Positions 1 through 10,863 of a stretch of 64,000 nucleotides of DNA are shown one piece after another. The notes beneath the pieces are model-generated. The model made no database searches. It saw only the letters and a program-made list of their open reading frames with translations, and had not been told where the DNA came from. The stretch is from an uncultured Acidobacteriota bacterium. GTDB lineage: Bacteria > Acidobacteriota > Terriglobia > UBA7540. Every line of letters begins with the position of its first letter. The first letter of the stretch is position 1. The stretch spans positions 320,001-384,000 of the forward strand of contig CAWDSK010000002.1 in assembly GCA_963804995.1 (NCBI GenBank). Reading direction: 5' to 3'. The position numbers and the translations under genes were made by a program.

Positions 1-1204
1 CCTCCCGGCTCTCGACGTGGATCGTGCCGCGATGTTGCTCGACAACTTTCCGGGTAACCGCCAATCCAATCCCGGGGCTGCCGGGATAGGTCGTGAACCC
101 CGGCGCAAAGATCTTTTCCAAATTCTCCGTGCTGATGCCCACCCCTTGATCGGCAAAGCTGACGGTGGCAGTGGAGCAGGATTCTTCCTCGCGGCGGCAA
201 ACACTTACCCGCAGCGTCCCGCCCGGTTTCATCGCATGGAAGGCGTTGAGCACCAGATTGAAGAAGGCCTGCTGCAGCCGGGGGGGATCGGCCAGGATGG
301 GAACCGCGCCTTCCGCCACTCGCAGCTCGACGCGCATTCCCCGCTGCCGCGCCAGCGGGCGAAGGAATTCCACCGTCTCCCTGACCACCCGCGCCATGTC
401 CACCGGCTGGAGGTTCGCGGGAGGCTGGCTGTGGAAATGCAAGACATTGTTTACGGTGGCCGCCAGCGACCTGAGACCTGCCTGGACGTGGCTGACCCAG
501 GCTTGCATTTCCGCCTCACCTTCCAAGGCATCCGCCAGGAGCCCGGCGAAAAGTTCCAAACTTCCCAGGGGATTTCGAATCTCATGGGCCAGCAACGTGG
601 CCATCTCCGCCAGCGCTTGCGACCGTTGCCCTGCTTCCCGTTCACGTTCGAGTTGCTTGGCTTCCGTCATGTCACGAAGGATGAGAATGGAATCGGTCCC
701 TGTACCGGGGGCGCCCAGCACAGCGCGTGTCACGCCGAGAGTCCGCTCACCCTCCGGGCCCTGGACGGTCCATTCCTGTTCCAAGTGGAAATCTTCATTA
801 GGAAGCGCAGCGAGCAAGGATCCCAGCATCTGCGGAACTGCCGCCTCCGGTGCCAGCGGTTCCTCGCTGACTGTCAAGAATCGTTGGGCGGCCGGGTTAA
901 TCATGCGCAGGTTGTTGTTGCTTTCAAACACCAGCACCCCGCACGGCAGTCCTTCCAGAATCCTGCCCAAGTAAGACCGCATGCGTTGGTTTGCTTCCAA
1001 GCTTTCCGCCAAGCTGCGGTTCTTGTTTTCGAGTTCGTGGCGTAGCCGGCCGACTTCTGCCTGGAGCTTCGCGTAGGTCGTTTCGAGCGCCCCTGCGGTT
1101 TGATTAAAAGAGGCAAAGGCCGCGGCCAGCGACTTGCGGGTCGCGCGGGCTGAGCTCCCCGGGGGGGGCAGCTTTTTTTGCCGATCAACAGGCAAATTCT
1201 GCAT
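1..1204 (-). CDS. PAS-type sensor histidine kinase (FlrB/FleS-like), runs off the left edge
   Basis: Manual translation from ATG 1204: MQNLPVDRQ...RILEGLPCGVLV...; H-box MATLLAHEIRNPLGSLELF. No stop inside the window, so absent from the ORF track. Confidence 0.85.
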   Translation of the reverse strand, partial: MQNLPVDRQKKLPPPGSSARATRKSLAAAFASFNQTAGALETTYAKLQAEVGRLRHELENKNRSLAESLEANQRMRSYLGRILEGLPCGVLVFESNNNLRMINPAAQRFLTVSEEPLAPEAAVPQMLGSLLAALPNEDFHLEQEWTVQGPEGERTLGVTRAVLGAPGTGTDSILILRDMTEAKQLEREREAGQRSQALAEMATLLAHEIRNPLGSLELFAGLLADALEGEAEMQAWVSHVQAGLRSLAATVNNVLHFHSQPPANLQPVDMARVVRETVEFLRPLARQRGMRVELRVAEGAVPILADPPRLQQAFFNLVLNAFHAMKPGGTLRVSVCRREEESCSTATVSFADQGVGISTENLEKIFAPGFTTYPGSPGIGLAVTRKVVEQHRGTIHVESRE

Positions 1205-1220
1205 GGCGTTGACTCACGGA

Positions 1221-1237
1221 AGCACGGAGCGTGCCAA
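1221..1237 (-). promoter_or_regulatory. Putative sigma-54 (-24/-12) promoter
   Basis: TTGGCACG-CTCC-GTGCT just upstream of the kinase ATG and downstream of a sigma-54 activator gene. Confidence 0.45.
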
Positions 1238-1239
1238 CC

Positions 1240-2478
1240 TCAGGCTATCCTTCTTAGATTTCTCTCAGCTAGGGGCTCCCCCATCCCCAAGGAGAAATGT
1301 TCGGGCCGGAGTTCTAATTGCTCCTCGGCCAAGATGAATGCCCGCTCGATTGCCTGTCGCAATTCGCGAACATTTCCCGGCCAGGAGTAGTGTTCGAGCA
1401 CCCCCGCGGCATGCGGCGAAAAGGTTTTAGCCGGAACATGCGCTTCCTGGCAGAAGAGGTTCAGGAACTGGCTGCAGAGTGGTGCGATATCTTCACGCCG
1501 CAGCCGCAGGGGCTCAATCTCAATGGGGAAAACCGAGAGGCGATAGTAAAGGTCTTCACGGAAACGTCCCTCTCTGACAAGTCGCGGGAGGTTAGCGTTC
1601 GTGGCGGCGACGACCCGGACATCCACACGCAAGGTGTCGGGGCTGCCCAAGCGCTGGACTTCGCCCTCCTGTAAGAAGCGGAGAAATTTGGCCTGCATCG
1701 AAGCCGGAAGGTCGCCGATCTCGTCCAGCAGAACCGTTCCGCCTTGCGCCAGTTGCAGGCGACCCAGGCGAGACTGGAAGGCGCCGGTAAAAGCGCCGCG
1801 GTTATAACCGAACAGCTCGGCTTCCAACAAAGGTTCAGGAATTGCTGCGCAGTTGACCACCACGAAAGGCCGGTCACGGCGGGGGCTCAATTCGTGCAGG
1901 GCGCGGGCTACTAATTCCTTTCCGGTACCGGTTTCGCCGGTGAGTAAGACGGTCGTCTGCCGTGCGGCGACGAGCCGCACCAAGCGATATACGCGGCGGA
2001 GTGAGAGACTGTGACCTATCATGCCGGGCAGGGGATCAGCGCCCTCCACCCCTGCTGTGGAGCTGCGCAGCGAGTCAAAAATCGGCGCGGGCAATTCGCT
2101 TGGGATTCGGGGCTCGCGGGAGTTTTGGAGCAGGTGAAACATCTCGCTTGGAGTGGGAAGCAGGTTGGGGTTATCCCCAAGGGGCGCGGGACTAATCTTG
2201 GACTCGAGCAAAAGGACTTCGACCTGCGGATACCGGGCGCGAATCACGCTGACAAGTTCACTCGCATCCAGGTCCGGCAAGCAGGGGTCGAGCAAAATGG
2301 TTCTGTACGTGCCCGTCTCGAGCAAAGCGAGAGCCTCCGCACCACCGCCAGCCTCCTCTGCGGATCTGCTGCGCGCAGCCAACGTCTTAAGAATTCTCTC
2401 CCGGAAGAGCGGGTCAGGACTTGCCACCAGAGTGGGGAGACGCTCCCTTTGGGCAGCGTTGAAGGTACTGGTCATCAT
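1240..2478 (-). CDS. Sigma-54-dependent transcriptional activator (receiver-like + AAA+)
   Basis: GETGTGKE Walker A, GAFTGA motif, LLDEIG Walker B, WPGNVREL. Confidence 0.92.
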   Translation of the reverse strand: MMTSTFNAAQRERLPTLVASPDPLFRERILKTLAARSRSAEEAGGGAEALALLETGTYRTILLDPCLPDLDASELVSVIRARYPQVEVLLLESKISPAPLGDNPNLLPTPSEMFHLLQNSREPRIPSELPAPIFDSLRSSTAGVEGADPLPGMIGHSLSLRRVYRLVRLVAARQTTVLLTGETGTGKELVARALHELSPRRDRPFVVVNCAAIPEPLLEAELFGYNRGAFTGAFQSRLGRLQLAQGGTVLLDEIGDLPASMQAKFLRFLQEGEVQRLGSPDTLRVDVRVVAATNANLPRLVREGRFREDLYYRLSVFPIEIEPLRLRREDIAPLCSQFLNLFCQEAHVPAKTFSPHAAGVLEHYSWPGNVRELRQAIERAFILAEEQLELRPEHFSLGMGEPLAERNLRRIA

Positions 2479-2648
2479 TATCTCCTCGCCGGGTAAGCTC
2501 CATTTGTGTCACGATTTTCTTAGACGGGGATTAGTTTGGAATTAAAGTTCTCTAGGCCGGAGAGTTTGCCAGGTTGCCATGGCGACTCTGTGGCATAGGC
2601 CATCCCATGCACTGGGTCCAGGGGTTTCATGAGAGGAGGCCTCCAACA

Positions 2649-3470
2649 TCAGGTCGTAGGTGCCAAGGGAAGGCGCATGCGAATGCAGCCCGCGCCTGGA
2701 CCATCGGTGACGATCTCAATCCTACCTCCCAGGCCGTCCACAATTCGTTGGTTAATGGCCCATCCGAGCACGCCGTTTTTGGTTGCATGAGAAAACAGCA
2801 AGCCGGGATTTGCGATATCCTCAAGCATTCTGATCTGCATGTACTGCAAGTCCATGCGAGGAGGAACAAGGGCCACACGAGCCTCTCCCTCGGAAGTGGA
2901 AATCTCCACATCCAGGACGTCCCCTCCGGCGCTGTTCTGGATGACCCAAGCGAACAGATTCTGAAATGCTTCGCGCAAGCGGTCCGGATTCAAGCAAACC
3001 TTCGTTGAACCTTCCGTAGTGACTTGAAATCGAATCTCGCGGGTTTCCGCCACCGCTTGGACCTCCCCCTGGACCTCCCTCACCATCTGCTCCAGAGTGA
3101 CCTCCTGTGGTGAACCAGCGGGGGCACTCGATTCGCCCAGGTCCCGGAGTGAAACGATCAACTGTGCCATGTTGTCAGCGAGTTCGAGTGACTGCTCGAG
3201 GATCGCCCGGTATTCCGCTACCGAGTGTTTCCCCAGCAACCCCAACTCGATCCCACCCCGCAAGGCCGTCGCAGTCTGGGCCAGTCGGTGAGCTGTCGCG
3301 GCCAGACATTCACGGCAACGGGTGGGCGTTGCCTGGTAACTTGCCGGAGGGCCAGCCGGGACCAATGCAGGTGTAGCCGGATTTCCTGCCTCGGGCGTCT
3401 CTGTTCCAGCCAAACCGCAGGTAAGTTCAGCCGGAATTACGTTTTGAACCTGCCTAATGTCATTTGGCAT
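2649..3470 (-). CDS. Degenerate histidine-kinase-like protein
   Basis: HisKA-like AHRLAQTATALRGGIEL and a HATPase-like C-terminus lacking the DxGxG box; start chosen at MPNDIR. Confidence 0.65.
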   Translation of the reverse strand: MPNDIRQVQNVIPAELTCGLAGTETPEAGNPATPALVPAGPPASYQATPTRCRECLAATAHRLAQTATALRGGIELGLLGKHSVAEYRAILEQSLELADNMAQLIVSLRDLGESSAPAGSPQEVTLEQMVREVQGEVQAVAETREIRFQVTTEGSTKVCLNPDRLREAFQNLFAWVIQNSAGGDVLDVEISTSEGEARVALVPPRMDLQYMQIRMLEDIANPGLLFSHATKNGVLGWAINQRIVDGLGGRIEIVTDGPGAGCIRMRLPLAPTT

Positions 3471-3474
3471 GGTA

Positions 3475-4149
3475 TTAAGCCTCATCCCCGATCTGGTATC
3501 CCACACCGCGAACCGTGTGGATCAACTTTTGCTCGTGGCCGCTATCAACCTTCTTGCGCACATAGTTGATGTATACATCCACGACGTTGGTCATGGTGTC
3601 GAAAGAAAGATTCCACACGTGTTCGATAATCATGGCGCGGGTAACGCAACGGCCGGCGTTGCGCATCAGGTACTCGAGCAGAGCGAATTCTTTGGGCGTG
3701 AGCTCGATAGACTGGCCAGCGCGCTTCACGATCCGTTCCACGCGGTTCAATTCCAAGTCGCCCACCCGGAGCACCACCGCCGCAGGTTGCGCGGCCCGCC
3801 GTAACAGGGCGCGAACCCGGGCGGAAAGTTCAGTGAAGGAGAAAGGTTTGGTCAGATAATCGTCGGCGCCCAAATCCAATCCCTTCACGCGGTCTTCGAC
3901 ACGGTTGCGGCCGGTCAGAATCAGGACAGGCAGGGCCGGCTTGGTTTCGCGAATGTGTTTCAAAACGTCCAGCCCGTCCACACGGGGAAGCGATAGATCG
4001 AGCACCGCCACGTCATACTCAACTTGGCTGACCATGAACTGCGCCTCATCTCCATCCTGAGCCACATCCACAGCGTATTGCTCGGCTTCCAACCCCTTTT
4101 GGACAAAACTGGCCACCGGTTTATCGTCTTCAGCTATTAGGACACGCAT
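3475..4149 (-). CDS. OmpR-family response regulator
   Basis: REC domain (AEDD, LDLSLP, DDYLTKPF) plus winged helix (VDVYINYVRKK, TVRGVGY). Confidence 0.95.
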   Translation of the reverse strand: MRVLIAEDDKPVASFVQKGLEAEQYAVDVAQDGDEAQFMVSQVEYDVAVLDLSLPRVDGLDVLKHIRETKPALPVLILTGRNRVEDRVKGLDLGADDYLTKPFSFTELSARVRALLRRAAQPAAVVLRVGDLELNRVERIVKRAGQSIELTPKEFALLEYLMRNAGRCVTRAMIIEHVWNLSFDTMTNVVDVYINYVRKKVDSGHEQKLIHTVRGVGYQIGDEA

Positions 4150-4616
4150 CTTCTCACCCTATTCCCATTTTGAGTGGGAGAGGCAATGCCCGGCTTCTGG
4201 TCCGTTTTTGCCTCTCTCATGAAGGACTCGCCTTCATTAATCACACCTTAATTCGGCGGGAACGGGGCAAAGGTTGAGGAAATCTCACGGAAGGATTTTG
4301 CTCACGTTAGAAACGGGAAGTTTGTCTGCTTCGAAAGTGCGCCAGGCGTGAATCTCATTATGCGCATGCTCGTGCAAGGGTCTGGCTGAGACAGTTATCT
4401 GCGAGGTCGTTTTCCGATGCCATCGTAGAGGAAACCGAAGCGAGGAAGTGTCTTCCTTCCTTGAACCCAACCTCCCATCATCCCACCAGACACAACGTCC
4501 CAAATCCACTTAAGAGACTTCGCCTCAGGCCGATGAAAGTTAACGGAGAGATACTCGTGGCTTAGCTCCAGCCCACGGGTTCTTACTCCGCGCCGAGTCG
4601 GTGGTTTGGGAAGGCC

Positions 4617-5693
4617 ATGATTAACCGCATGCTTCCGAAAGTGTTGATCGTGGACGACGACCCTGCCGTCCGTATGTTCTTCCGCGAGGTCCTGATGCCT
4701 TTGGCGGCGCGTGTGGCTGAGGCCCCTGACGGTCCCTGCGCGCTCGATGCCATCGAAAGCGGCGACTTCGACATCATCGTGTGCGACGTCTGGATGCCCG
4801 GCGCCTCGGGGCTTGACCTCCTATCCATGGCTCACCAGACACGCTGGGACATTGGATTCATTCTGGTGACTGGGGAAGTCCAGGTCGAAACGGTGATCGC
4901 CGCGCTGCGCCTGCAAGCCGCCGATTTTCTGCTCAAGCCCGTGACGCCGGAAGAATTGACGCGAGCCGTGACGCGGACCTATGAACGGCTGGAGACGCTC
5001 CGGCAAAGGCGCGCTTACCAGGGTTCCCTCGAAACCAGCATCCAGCGCCGGACTGGTGAGCTGAAGGCCGCCCTGATTGAACTGGAATCCAATTACCAGA
5101 TGACGCTGGAAGCTTTGGTGGCGGCGCTCGATGCCCGTGAACATGAGACCTTCGCACATTCCATGCGGGTGCGCACCTACACGCGCATTCTGGCCCGGCG
5201 GGCGGGTTACCCACCGGCGCTGCTGACGGCGCTGGAACAAGGCGCTTTGCTGCACGATATCGGCAAAATCGCTGTGTCGGACGCAATCCTGCTGAAGCCT
5301 GCCAAGCTTACTCCCGAGGAATGGGTGGAGATGCGCAAGCATCCCGCGGCCGGAGACGAAATCCTGAAACGCGTTCCCTTCTTGCGGCTCGCCAGTGACG
5401 TGGTTCGCCACCACCACGAGCGCTTCGACGGCACAGGTTATCCCGATGCCCTGAAGGCTGCGCAGATTCCACTCGGCGCACGGTTGTTTGCCATGGCCGA
5501 CACGCTGGACGCCATGACCTCTGACCGCTCCTATCGCAAGGCTCCGGGGTTTGATGCGGCGCGGGCCGAGGTGGAGCGCATGAGTGGCAAACAATTTGAT
5601 CCCCAGATAGTCGAATTGTTCCTCAAGATTTCCCCCACTATCTGGATGGACGTGCGCGCCAAAGCAGGAAGCGCCTCCGTAGTTGGAAGGTGA
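4617..5693 (+). CDS. Response regulator with HD-GYP phosphodiesterase domain
   Basis: REC domain, LLHDIGK, HHERFDGTGYP. Confidence 0.93.
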   Translation: MINRMLPKVLIVDDDPAVRMFFREVLMPLAARVAEAPDGPCALDAIESGDFDIIVCDVWMPGASGLDLLSMAHQTRWDIGFILVTGEVQVETVIAALRLQAADFLLKPVTPEELTRAVTRTYERLETLRQRRAYQGSLETSIQRRTGELKAALIELESNYQMTLEALVAALDAREHETFAHSMRVRTYTRILARRAGYPPALLTALEQGALLHDIGKIAVSDAILLKPAKLTPEEWVEMRKHPAAGDEILKRVPFLRLASDVVRHHHERFDGTGYPDALKAAQIPLGARLFAMADTLDAMTSDRSYRKAPGFDAARAEVERMSGKQFDPQIVELFLKISPTIWMDVRAKAGSASVVGR

Positions 5694-5930
5694 ATCTTCG
5701 CATCTCGGTCGCCCCAGCAAGATTGATTGCACCTTCCACCACTTTCCCCACGAATCTTCCGGCAAGCCTGCCTGTAAGAAATAAACTGGGCGTTCTATAG
5801 TCACCTCAGCAAGCCAAGGGCAAATCAACACCTCAAGTTCCCACAAATTGTTTTGTAGCTTAGAATGGGCAGCGCACGGCCGCGGCGTTGCCTGCCAACC
5901 CTCGCGAGTTCTGCTCCAAGGAGTGCAGCC

Positions 5931-8117
5931 TTGAAACGCGCCACCGGTTTCCTTTTCGGATTCTTCCTTCTCAGCCTGCCATGGCTTGAGGCTCAGTCTG
6001 CGAAGAAACTCCTGACGGTTCAGCAGGTCGTGCAGAGCGGCAGCATCGTCGCGCCCGGCATTTCCGCGCTCGGTTGGCGTCCGGGCGGGAAGCAGTTGAC
6101 CTTCGTGCGTCCCGGGCCGCCAGGCAACGCCAGTGCTTCGACGCTCTGCGCGTATGACTTGGAGCGCCATGCCGAGACGGTGCTCTTCAATTCCTTGGAC
6201 CACAAAGAAAAGCTCAACCTCAGTTCCTACCAATGGTCTCCGCGAGGTGATGCGATTCTGCTGGAAGGAGACAACGATCTGTGGTTGCTGGAGGCTCGAA
6301 CGGGGCAACTGCGGCGACTGACCCACGATGCCGATACGGAGGAAGTCCCCGCCTTTTCTCCGGCAGGTGACCGGATCGCTTTCGTGAAGAAGCACAACCT
6401 CTTTGTGTTGGACCTCGGCACCGGCGCCGCGCGGCGACTGACCCGCGATGGAAACGACACCGTCTACAACGGCCGGCTCAACTGGGTCTACGAGGAGGAG
6501 TTGGCCAATCGCTCCACGGCGCGAGCTTTTGAATGGTCGCCGGACGGCAAGCGCATCGCCTACTTGCGCCTCGACGATGGTCCCGTTCCCGATTACCCCA
6601 TTACCGATTACCTGGCGACGCACGTGCGCCTGGATCACGAGCGTTTTCCGCAAGCAGGCGATCCCAATCCGCGAGCTACGCTGCACATCATCACATTGGA
6701 GGATGCCGCCGCGCAGCCCGCAACCTTTACCCCGAACGCGAAGCTGGTGGAATACCTTGGCCCCTCCTTCACGTGGACTCCGGATTCGACGGCACTCTGC
6801 TTCCTGGCTATCAACCGCGCGCAAACTGAGGTCACCGTGCATCGCTGGGAGCCCGGCACAGGGAAGGATAGCGTTCTGTTCATCGAGCATGACTCTTACT
6901 GGGTGAATTCGCTTGAGCCTCCGCGCTTCTTGAAAGGTGGCCATGAGTTCCTGTGGGTTTCCGAGCGGGACGGATGGCAGCACGTCTATCTGTACACGGC
7001 GGAGGGAAAGCTGGTCCGGCAGATTACCCGCGGGGCGTGGATGCTTGACCGGCCGGTGTTCCTGGATGCTCCCCTTTTCCAGGTGGACGCGCAGGAGCAT
7101 TGGCTTTACTTTGCCGCCACCCACCCCGATCCGCGCGAGAGGCAGCTCTACCGCATTCATCTGGATGGCAGCGGCATGGAGCGCCTTACGACGGAGCCCG
7201 GCTCGCATACGCTCAACCTTTCGCCCGATGGCCGCTTTCTGGTCGATCAATTCTCCACCCCGGATTCGCCGCCGGTCGCGCGCCTGCTGAGTTCCGAGGG
7301 GAAGGACGTGGCCACTCTTGATGCCCCGGCACATCACCTGGACAACTATGCCTTGGGCAAGCGCGAGTTCCTGGAAGTGAAGGCTCCGGATGGCGCCACA
7401 CTTTATGCGCAATTGCTCAAGCCCCCGGACTTCGACCCCACGCGCCGGTATCCGGTGGTGGTCGATGTTTACGGCGGGCCGCATATTCAGCTTGTCCAGA
7501 AGCACTGGGATCCGAACAGCCTCTTCGAGCAACTCCTCGCTGAAAACGGGTTTTTGGTTTGGACGCTCGATAATCGAGGCTCCTGGGGGCGCGGCCACGC
7601 CTGGGAGTCTGTGATCTTCAAAGACTTGGGGAAGCACGAACTGGAAGATCAACTGACCGGCGTCGAATATTTGAAATCGCTCCCTTACGTGGATGGCGCG
7701 CGTATCGGGCTGCGCGGGTGGTCCTACGGCGGCTACATGACGCTCTACGCGCTGACCCATGCGCCGGAAGTGTTTAAGTGCGGCTCGGCGGGAGCGCCAG
7801 TGACGGATTGGAAGTTCTACGACAGCATCTATACCGAGCGCTACATGCGCACGCCCGGCGAAAACCCAGAGGGCTACAAAAGCTCGTCGCCGCTCGAGGC
7901 CGCCGCAAATCTGCGGGCTAAGCTGCTGATCATCCATGGCACGTCCGACAACAATGTGCATCTGCAAAACACCATCAACTTCCTCGATGCGCTGATCCGT
8001 GCCGGCAAGCCTTATGAGATTCATTTGCAGCCGGGACAGAAGCACGGCTTTCAGGGAAACATACCCCGAACCTATGTCGACCAGCGCATCCTGGACTTCC
8101 TTAAGCAAGGTTTGTGA
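5931..8117 (+). CDS. S9B dipeptidyl-peptidase IV family serine peptidase, exported
   Basis: Signal peptide, DPPIV N-terminal WVYEEE, GWSYGG nucleophile, HGTSDNNVH; TTG start with AAGGAG RBS. Confidence 0.93.
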   Translation: MKRATGFLFGFFLLSLPWLEAQSAKKLLTVQQVVQSGSIVAPGISALGWRPGGKQLTFVRPGPPGNASASTLCAYDLERHAETVLFNSLDHKEKLNLSSYQWSPRGDAILLEGDNDLWLLEARTGQLRRLTHDADTEEVPAFSPAGDRIAFVKKHNLFVLDLGTGAARRLTRDGNDTVYNGRLNWVYEEELANRSTARAFEWSPDGKRIAYLRLDDGPVPDYPITDYLATHVRLDHERFPQAGDPNPRATLHIITLEDAAAQPATFTPNAKLVEYLGPSFTWTPDSTALCFLAINRAQTEVTVHRWEPGTGKDSVLFIEHDSYWVNSLEPPRFLKGGHEFLWVSERDGWQHVYLYTAEGKLVRQITRGAWMLDRPVFLDAPLFQVDAQEHWLYFAATHPDPRERQLYRIHLDGSGMERLTTEPGSHTLNLSPDGRFLVDQFSTPDSPPVARLLSSEGKDVATLDAPAHHLDNYALGKREFLEVKAPDGATLYAQLLKPPDFDPTRRYPVVVDVYGGPHIQLVQKHWDPNSLFEQLLAENGFLVWTLDNRGSWGRGHAWESVIFKDLGKHELEDQLTGVEYLKSLPYVDGARIGLRGWSYGGYMTLYALTHAPEVFKCGSAGAPVTDWKFYDSIYTERYMRTPGENPEGYKSSSPLEAAANLRAKLLIIHGTSDNNVHLQNTINFLDALIRAGKPYEIHLQPGQKHGFQGNIPRTYVDQRILDFLKQGL

Positions 8118-8169
8118 GGGGCGAGTTGAAGAAGTTGAAGAATGAAGATCTCCCGGCTTTTTCAATAAG

Positions 8170-8755
8170 TCCTTTTCTTTTCATAAACATCATGGGTTAG
8201 CGACTATAACTAGCTTATTTTTCATAAACATCATGGGTTAGCTCAAAACCGACATTTTTTCTACATGTGTTTTCAACAACATAATGGGTTCATCCTTCAT
8301 TTTTAATTCCCCCTATTTTGCTGCGCCCAAGCCCTTTGGACGATATATCTGATTTAATTTCAAATACTTAGACACGTGGACATTGTTGCCATTTTACCGC
8401 TAAGTACCTTTGTTTTCTGATATATCATGGGTTAGAACGTCCTCTTCGCTCGCTTCCCCCGGTTCCATCCTGCCCCCCCGTCGTTGATTTTCAGGTGCAG
8501 ATTGGTGAGGCGGCTGACTTCCCGGAAGCTGGAATCTCCTTTTAGAGCTCACAGCTCACAGCCGACAGCTTACGGTTAACGGCGCGCAGCGGTCGGAGTT
8601 TTGGAATCAGAAGTCAGCGTATCCCGACTTGTCGGGACTCGCAAAAGGCGCTCGCTGCCTACAGCTTCTCCCAGCCCCCAGTACCCAGATTAACATTTAC
8701 CTTAGGGGTAACTGCAAGTGGAAGATTTACGACTTGGGCTACCGGTAGCCCAAAA
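8170..8755 (-). repeat. Dispersed AT-rich non-coding element, copy 1
   Basis: Four 23-bp repeats and a TTGGGCTACCGGTAGCCCAA palindrome; homologous to the reverse complement of 56905-57477. Confidence 0.9.
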
Positions 8756-8836
8756 ATGAAAGAGATCGGGCAAATCGCCCGTCGCCGAGAAGAAATATGC
8801 GTGGAGAAAACTAAAAGTGCCCCAAGGGCGGGCGCC

Positions 8837-10133
8837 TCAGGCCGCACTTCCACCCGAGGCCCTCGCCCTCGCGTACAAGAGGACCAGCGACAATCCCAGG
8901 AGCGCCCAGATTTGATGCACCATGACGATGGGCTCCCACCAAAACTGGCGGGAAATTACCAGTGGAATAGTTCCTTGGGAACTGAGTATGTGCAGCAATG
9001 CCCCACCCGGGACGAGGAAAACTGCCACCAGGGCGAGACTGATTCGGGCAGCCGCGGCGAATTCGGAATGTAACTTGGCAAAGGCCCACGCCAGCGGAAG
9101 GACCAGAACGGCAGCTTCGTACGACCGGTGGTAAAGGGGGAGCAGACTCAGAACCGCCACCGTGCTCGCTTCAACGAGCTCCGTCGCGGAGTTTCGCTTT
9201 CGCGTGAAATAAAGGAAGGCTGCGACAAGCACTCCCGTGAGCGCATACGCCAATACATTGGCGGCGAGCGTACTGGGGAACATCGCGAAGAGCAGCACTT
9301 GCAAATTAATCATCGTGAATCGCATGGCGTTGGCACCGGTGAAATCTCCGCCTCCCCCAGGCACTTGGAGCCGTTGTAAGTTGGCGCTCAGGTCGGCCCA
9401 CCAGTGATTATCATGCATGCCCATCCAACCCACGGCGACCGCCATCACGACGGCTGTGCCGGCAAAACAGTATGCGCCTAAGCTCTTATCGCGCCGGATG
9501 AGCAGATAGTACAGCAGCAAGGCACATCCCAAGGGCGGTTTCAGGCAAAGGCTTATCGCCAGGAGCAAACCCGCCAGCCGTGGGCGCTGGCGCAGCGACG
9601 CCCACACCGCCAGGCCCGCGAGCGCGACTGAGAAAACCGCCGGATTCGCCAGATATATTCCCGTATGAAAGGGTGCGAGAGCGAGAGCCGCAGCCACGAA
9701 AAGCAACTTCCAATGGTTCGGGAGGGCTAACACAGAAGCCAGCATGAGGACGAGTAACACGACCGAGGCGGCTTCGGCTAGTATCCATGCTGTCATCGCT
9801 AGATGCCACGGTAGCATCGCAAAGGGTGCGATTAGCGGCAAGGTGGTCGGCGGATAGACGGGGTCGAGCGCGCATCACGCGATTAAATGAATCGGAAATG
9901 TCAAAGGGCTCCCCGCCGAGGGAGGTCCAGATGCGAACCAGGTTGGCGGCCTGGTAAGGTGGCGAGCCTTGCACCCAGGCCCGCGCCGCAAGATAAGGAC
10001 TGGCAAAATCATTCCACTCCAACCCAGGGTCGAATCCCCGGACCGGTCCCCGGATGAGAAACTCCGCGACGGCCATAAACAAAATACACAGAGCCAGGAC
10101 TCGGTACTTGTCGACTTCTCGAAAAGCAGACAT
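8837..10133 (-). pseudogene. GT87/DUF2029 membrane glycosyltransferase split by a +1 frameshift near 9856-9874
   Basis: N-part with DFASPYLAA is in one frame; YPPTTLPL...LKPPLG multi-TM part is in another. Could be a sequencing error. Confidence 0.75.
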
Positions 10134-10297
10134 CCCTCTCCTGACCTCCGGCCCTTGCGGGCGAAACGCCAGATGGTCGGCGCTTTAAACACAGATTTCC
10201 TTTTCGGCCGGGAGACTTATTCTCTCGTTAGGCAACAGTATATCTCACAGCGTCGTTCCAGGAAGTCTGTTGCATTGCGCCTTGGCGCCCCGAACGC

Positions 10298-10863
10298 CTA
10301 AAAGCTTTCGTCCAGGCTGATCTCCGTGAGGATCTGGTTGAGTTGGTCAGTGGCCTGCTGATTCTTGCCCTGCAGGTCGGCGAGTTGGCTGCGCAGCGCG
10401 GCGAGGCGGTCTTCCTGCACATCCAACTGGTGCGTGTAGCGTTGCAGCAGGGATTTTTCCTCCGGGCTTCCCTTGAGCGCCTTCATGTTCTCGCGGATGC
10501 GCCCCTGGTCAGCCGTAATCGAGTCCACTTCCTGCTGGCGCGATTTCAACTGCGCGTCGAGCCCCGCGATCACCCCCTTCTGGTCCAGCACGCGCTTGAA
10601 CGCCTGTTCCATGGCCGGCGTCAGACGCTTCTGCTCAGTCAGCACGGCGATGTATTCGCTTGAGACGTTGCTCAGCACGATTTCCGCGGTCTCGGGATGA
10701 AACTCCTCCACCACGAGTTGTGCACCCTTCTTCGCTTCCACCGGCACTCGGAAGCGATAGAGGGATGCTGTCGTCTCGTCCGGCTTCACGCCGTCAGCGA
10801 GCTTCCAATCCTCGCGCGCCGGGTGCTCGATGATGACCACGCGCGCCGTCGTGTCAGAGGAGC
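10298..10863 (-). pseudogene. C-terminal fragment of a DUF4139-like coiled-coil protein, truncated at a REP-like element
   Basis: IIEHP...YRFRVPV...DQGRIRENMKAL; no credible start, upstream sequence is palindromic repeat. Confidence 0.6.

Noticed and set aside
17..1045. 342-aa plus-strand ORF
   Set aside because: Shadow of the minus-strand histidine kinase
4821..8165. 1114-aa minus-strand ORF
   Set aside because: Antisense shadow of the HD-GYP and S9 peptidase genes; no motifs
8178..8435. CRISPR array
   Set aside because: Spacers are irregular (18, 28, 120 bp), homologous between the two copies, and there are no cas genes
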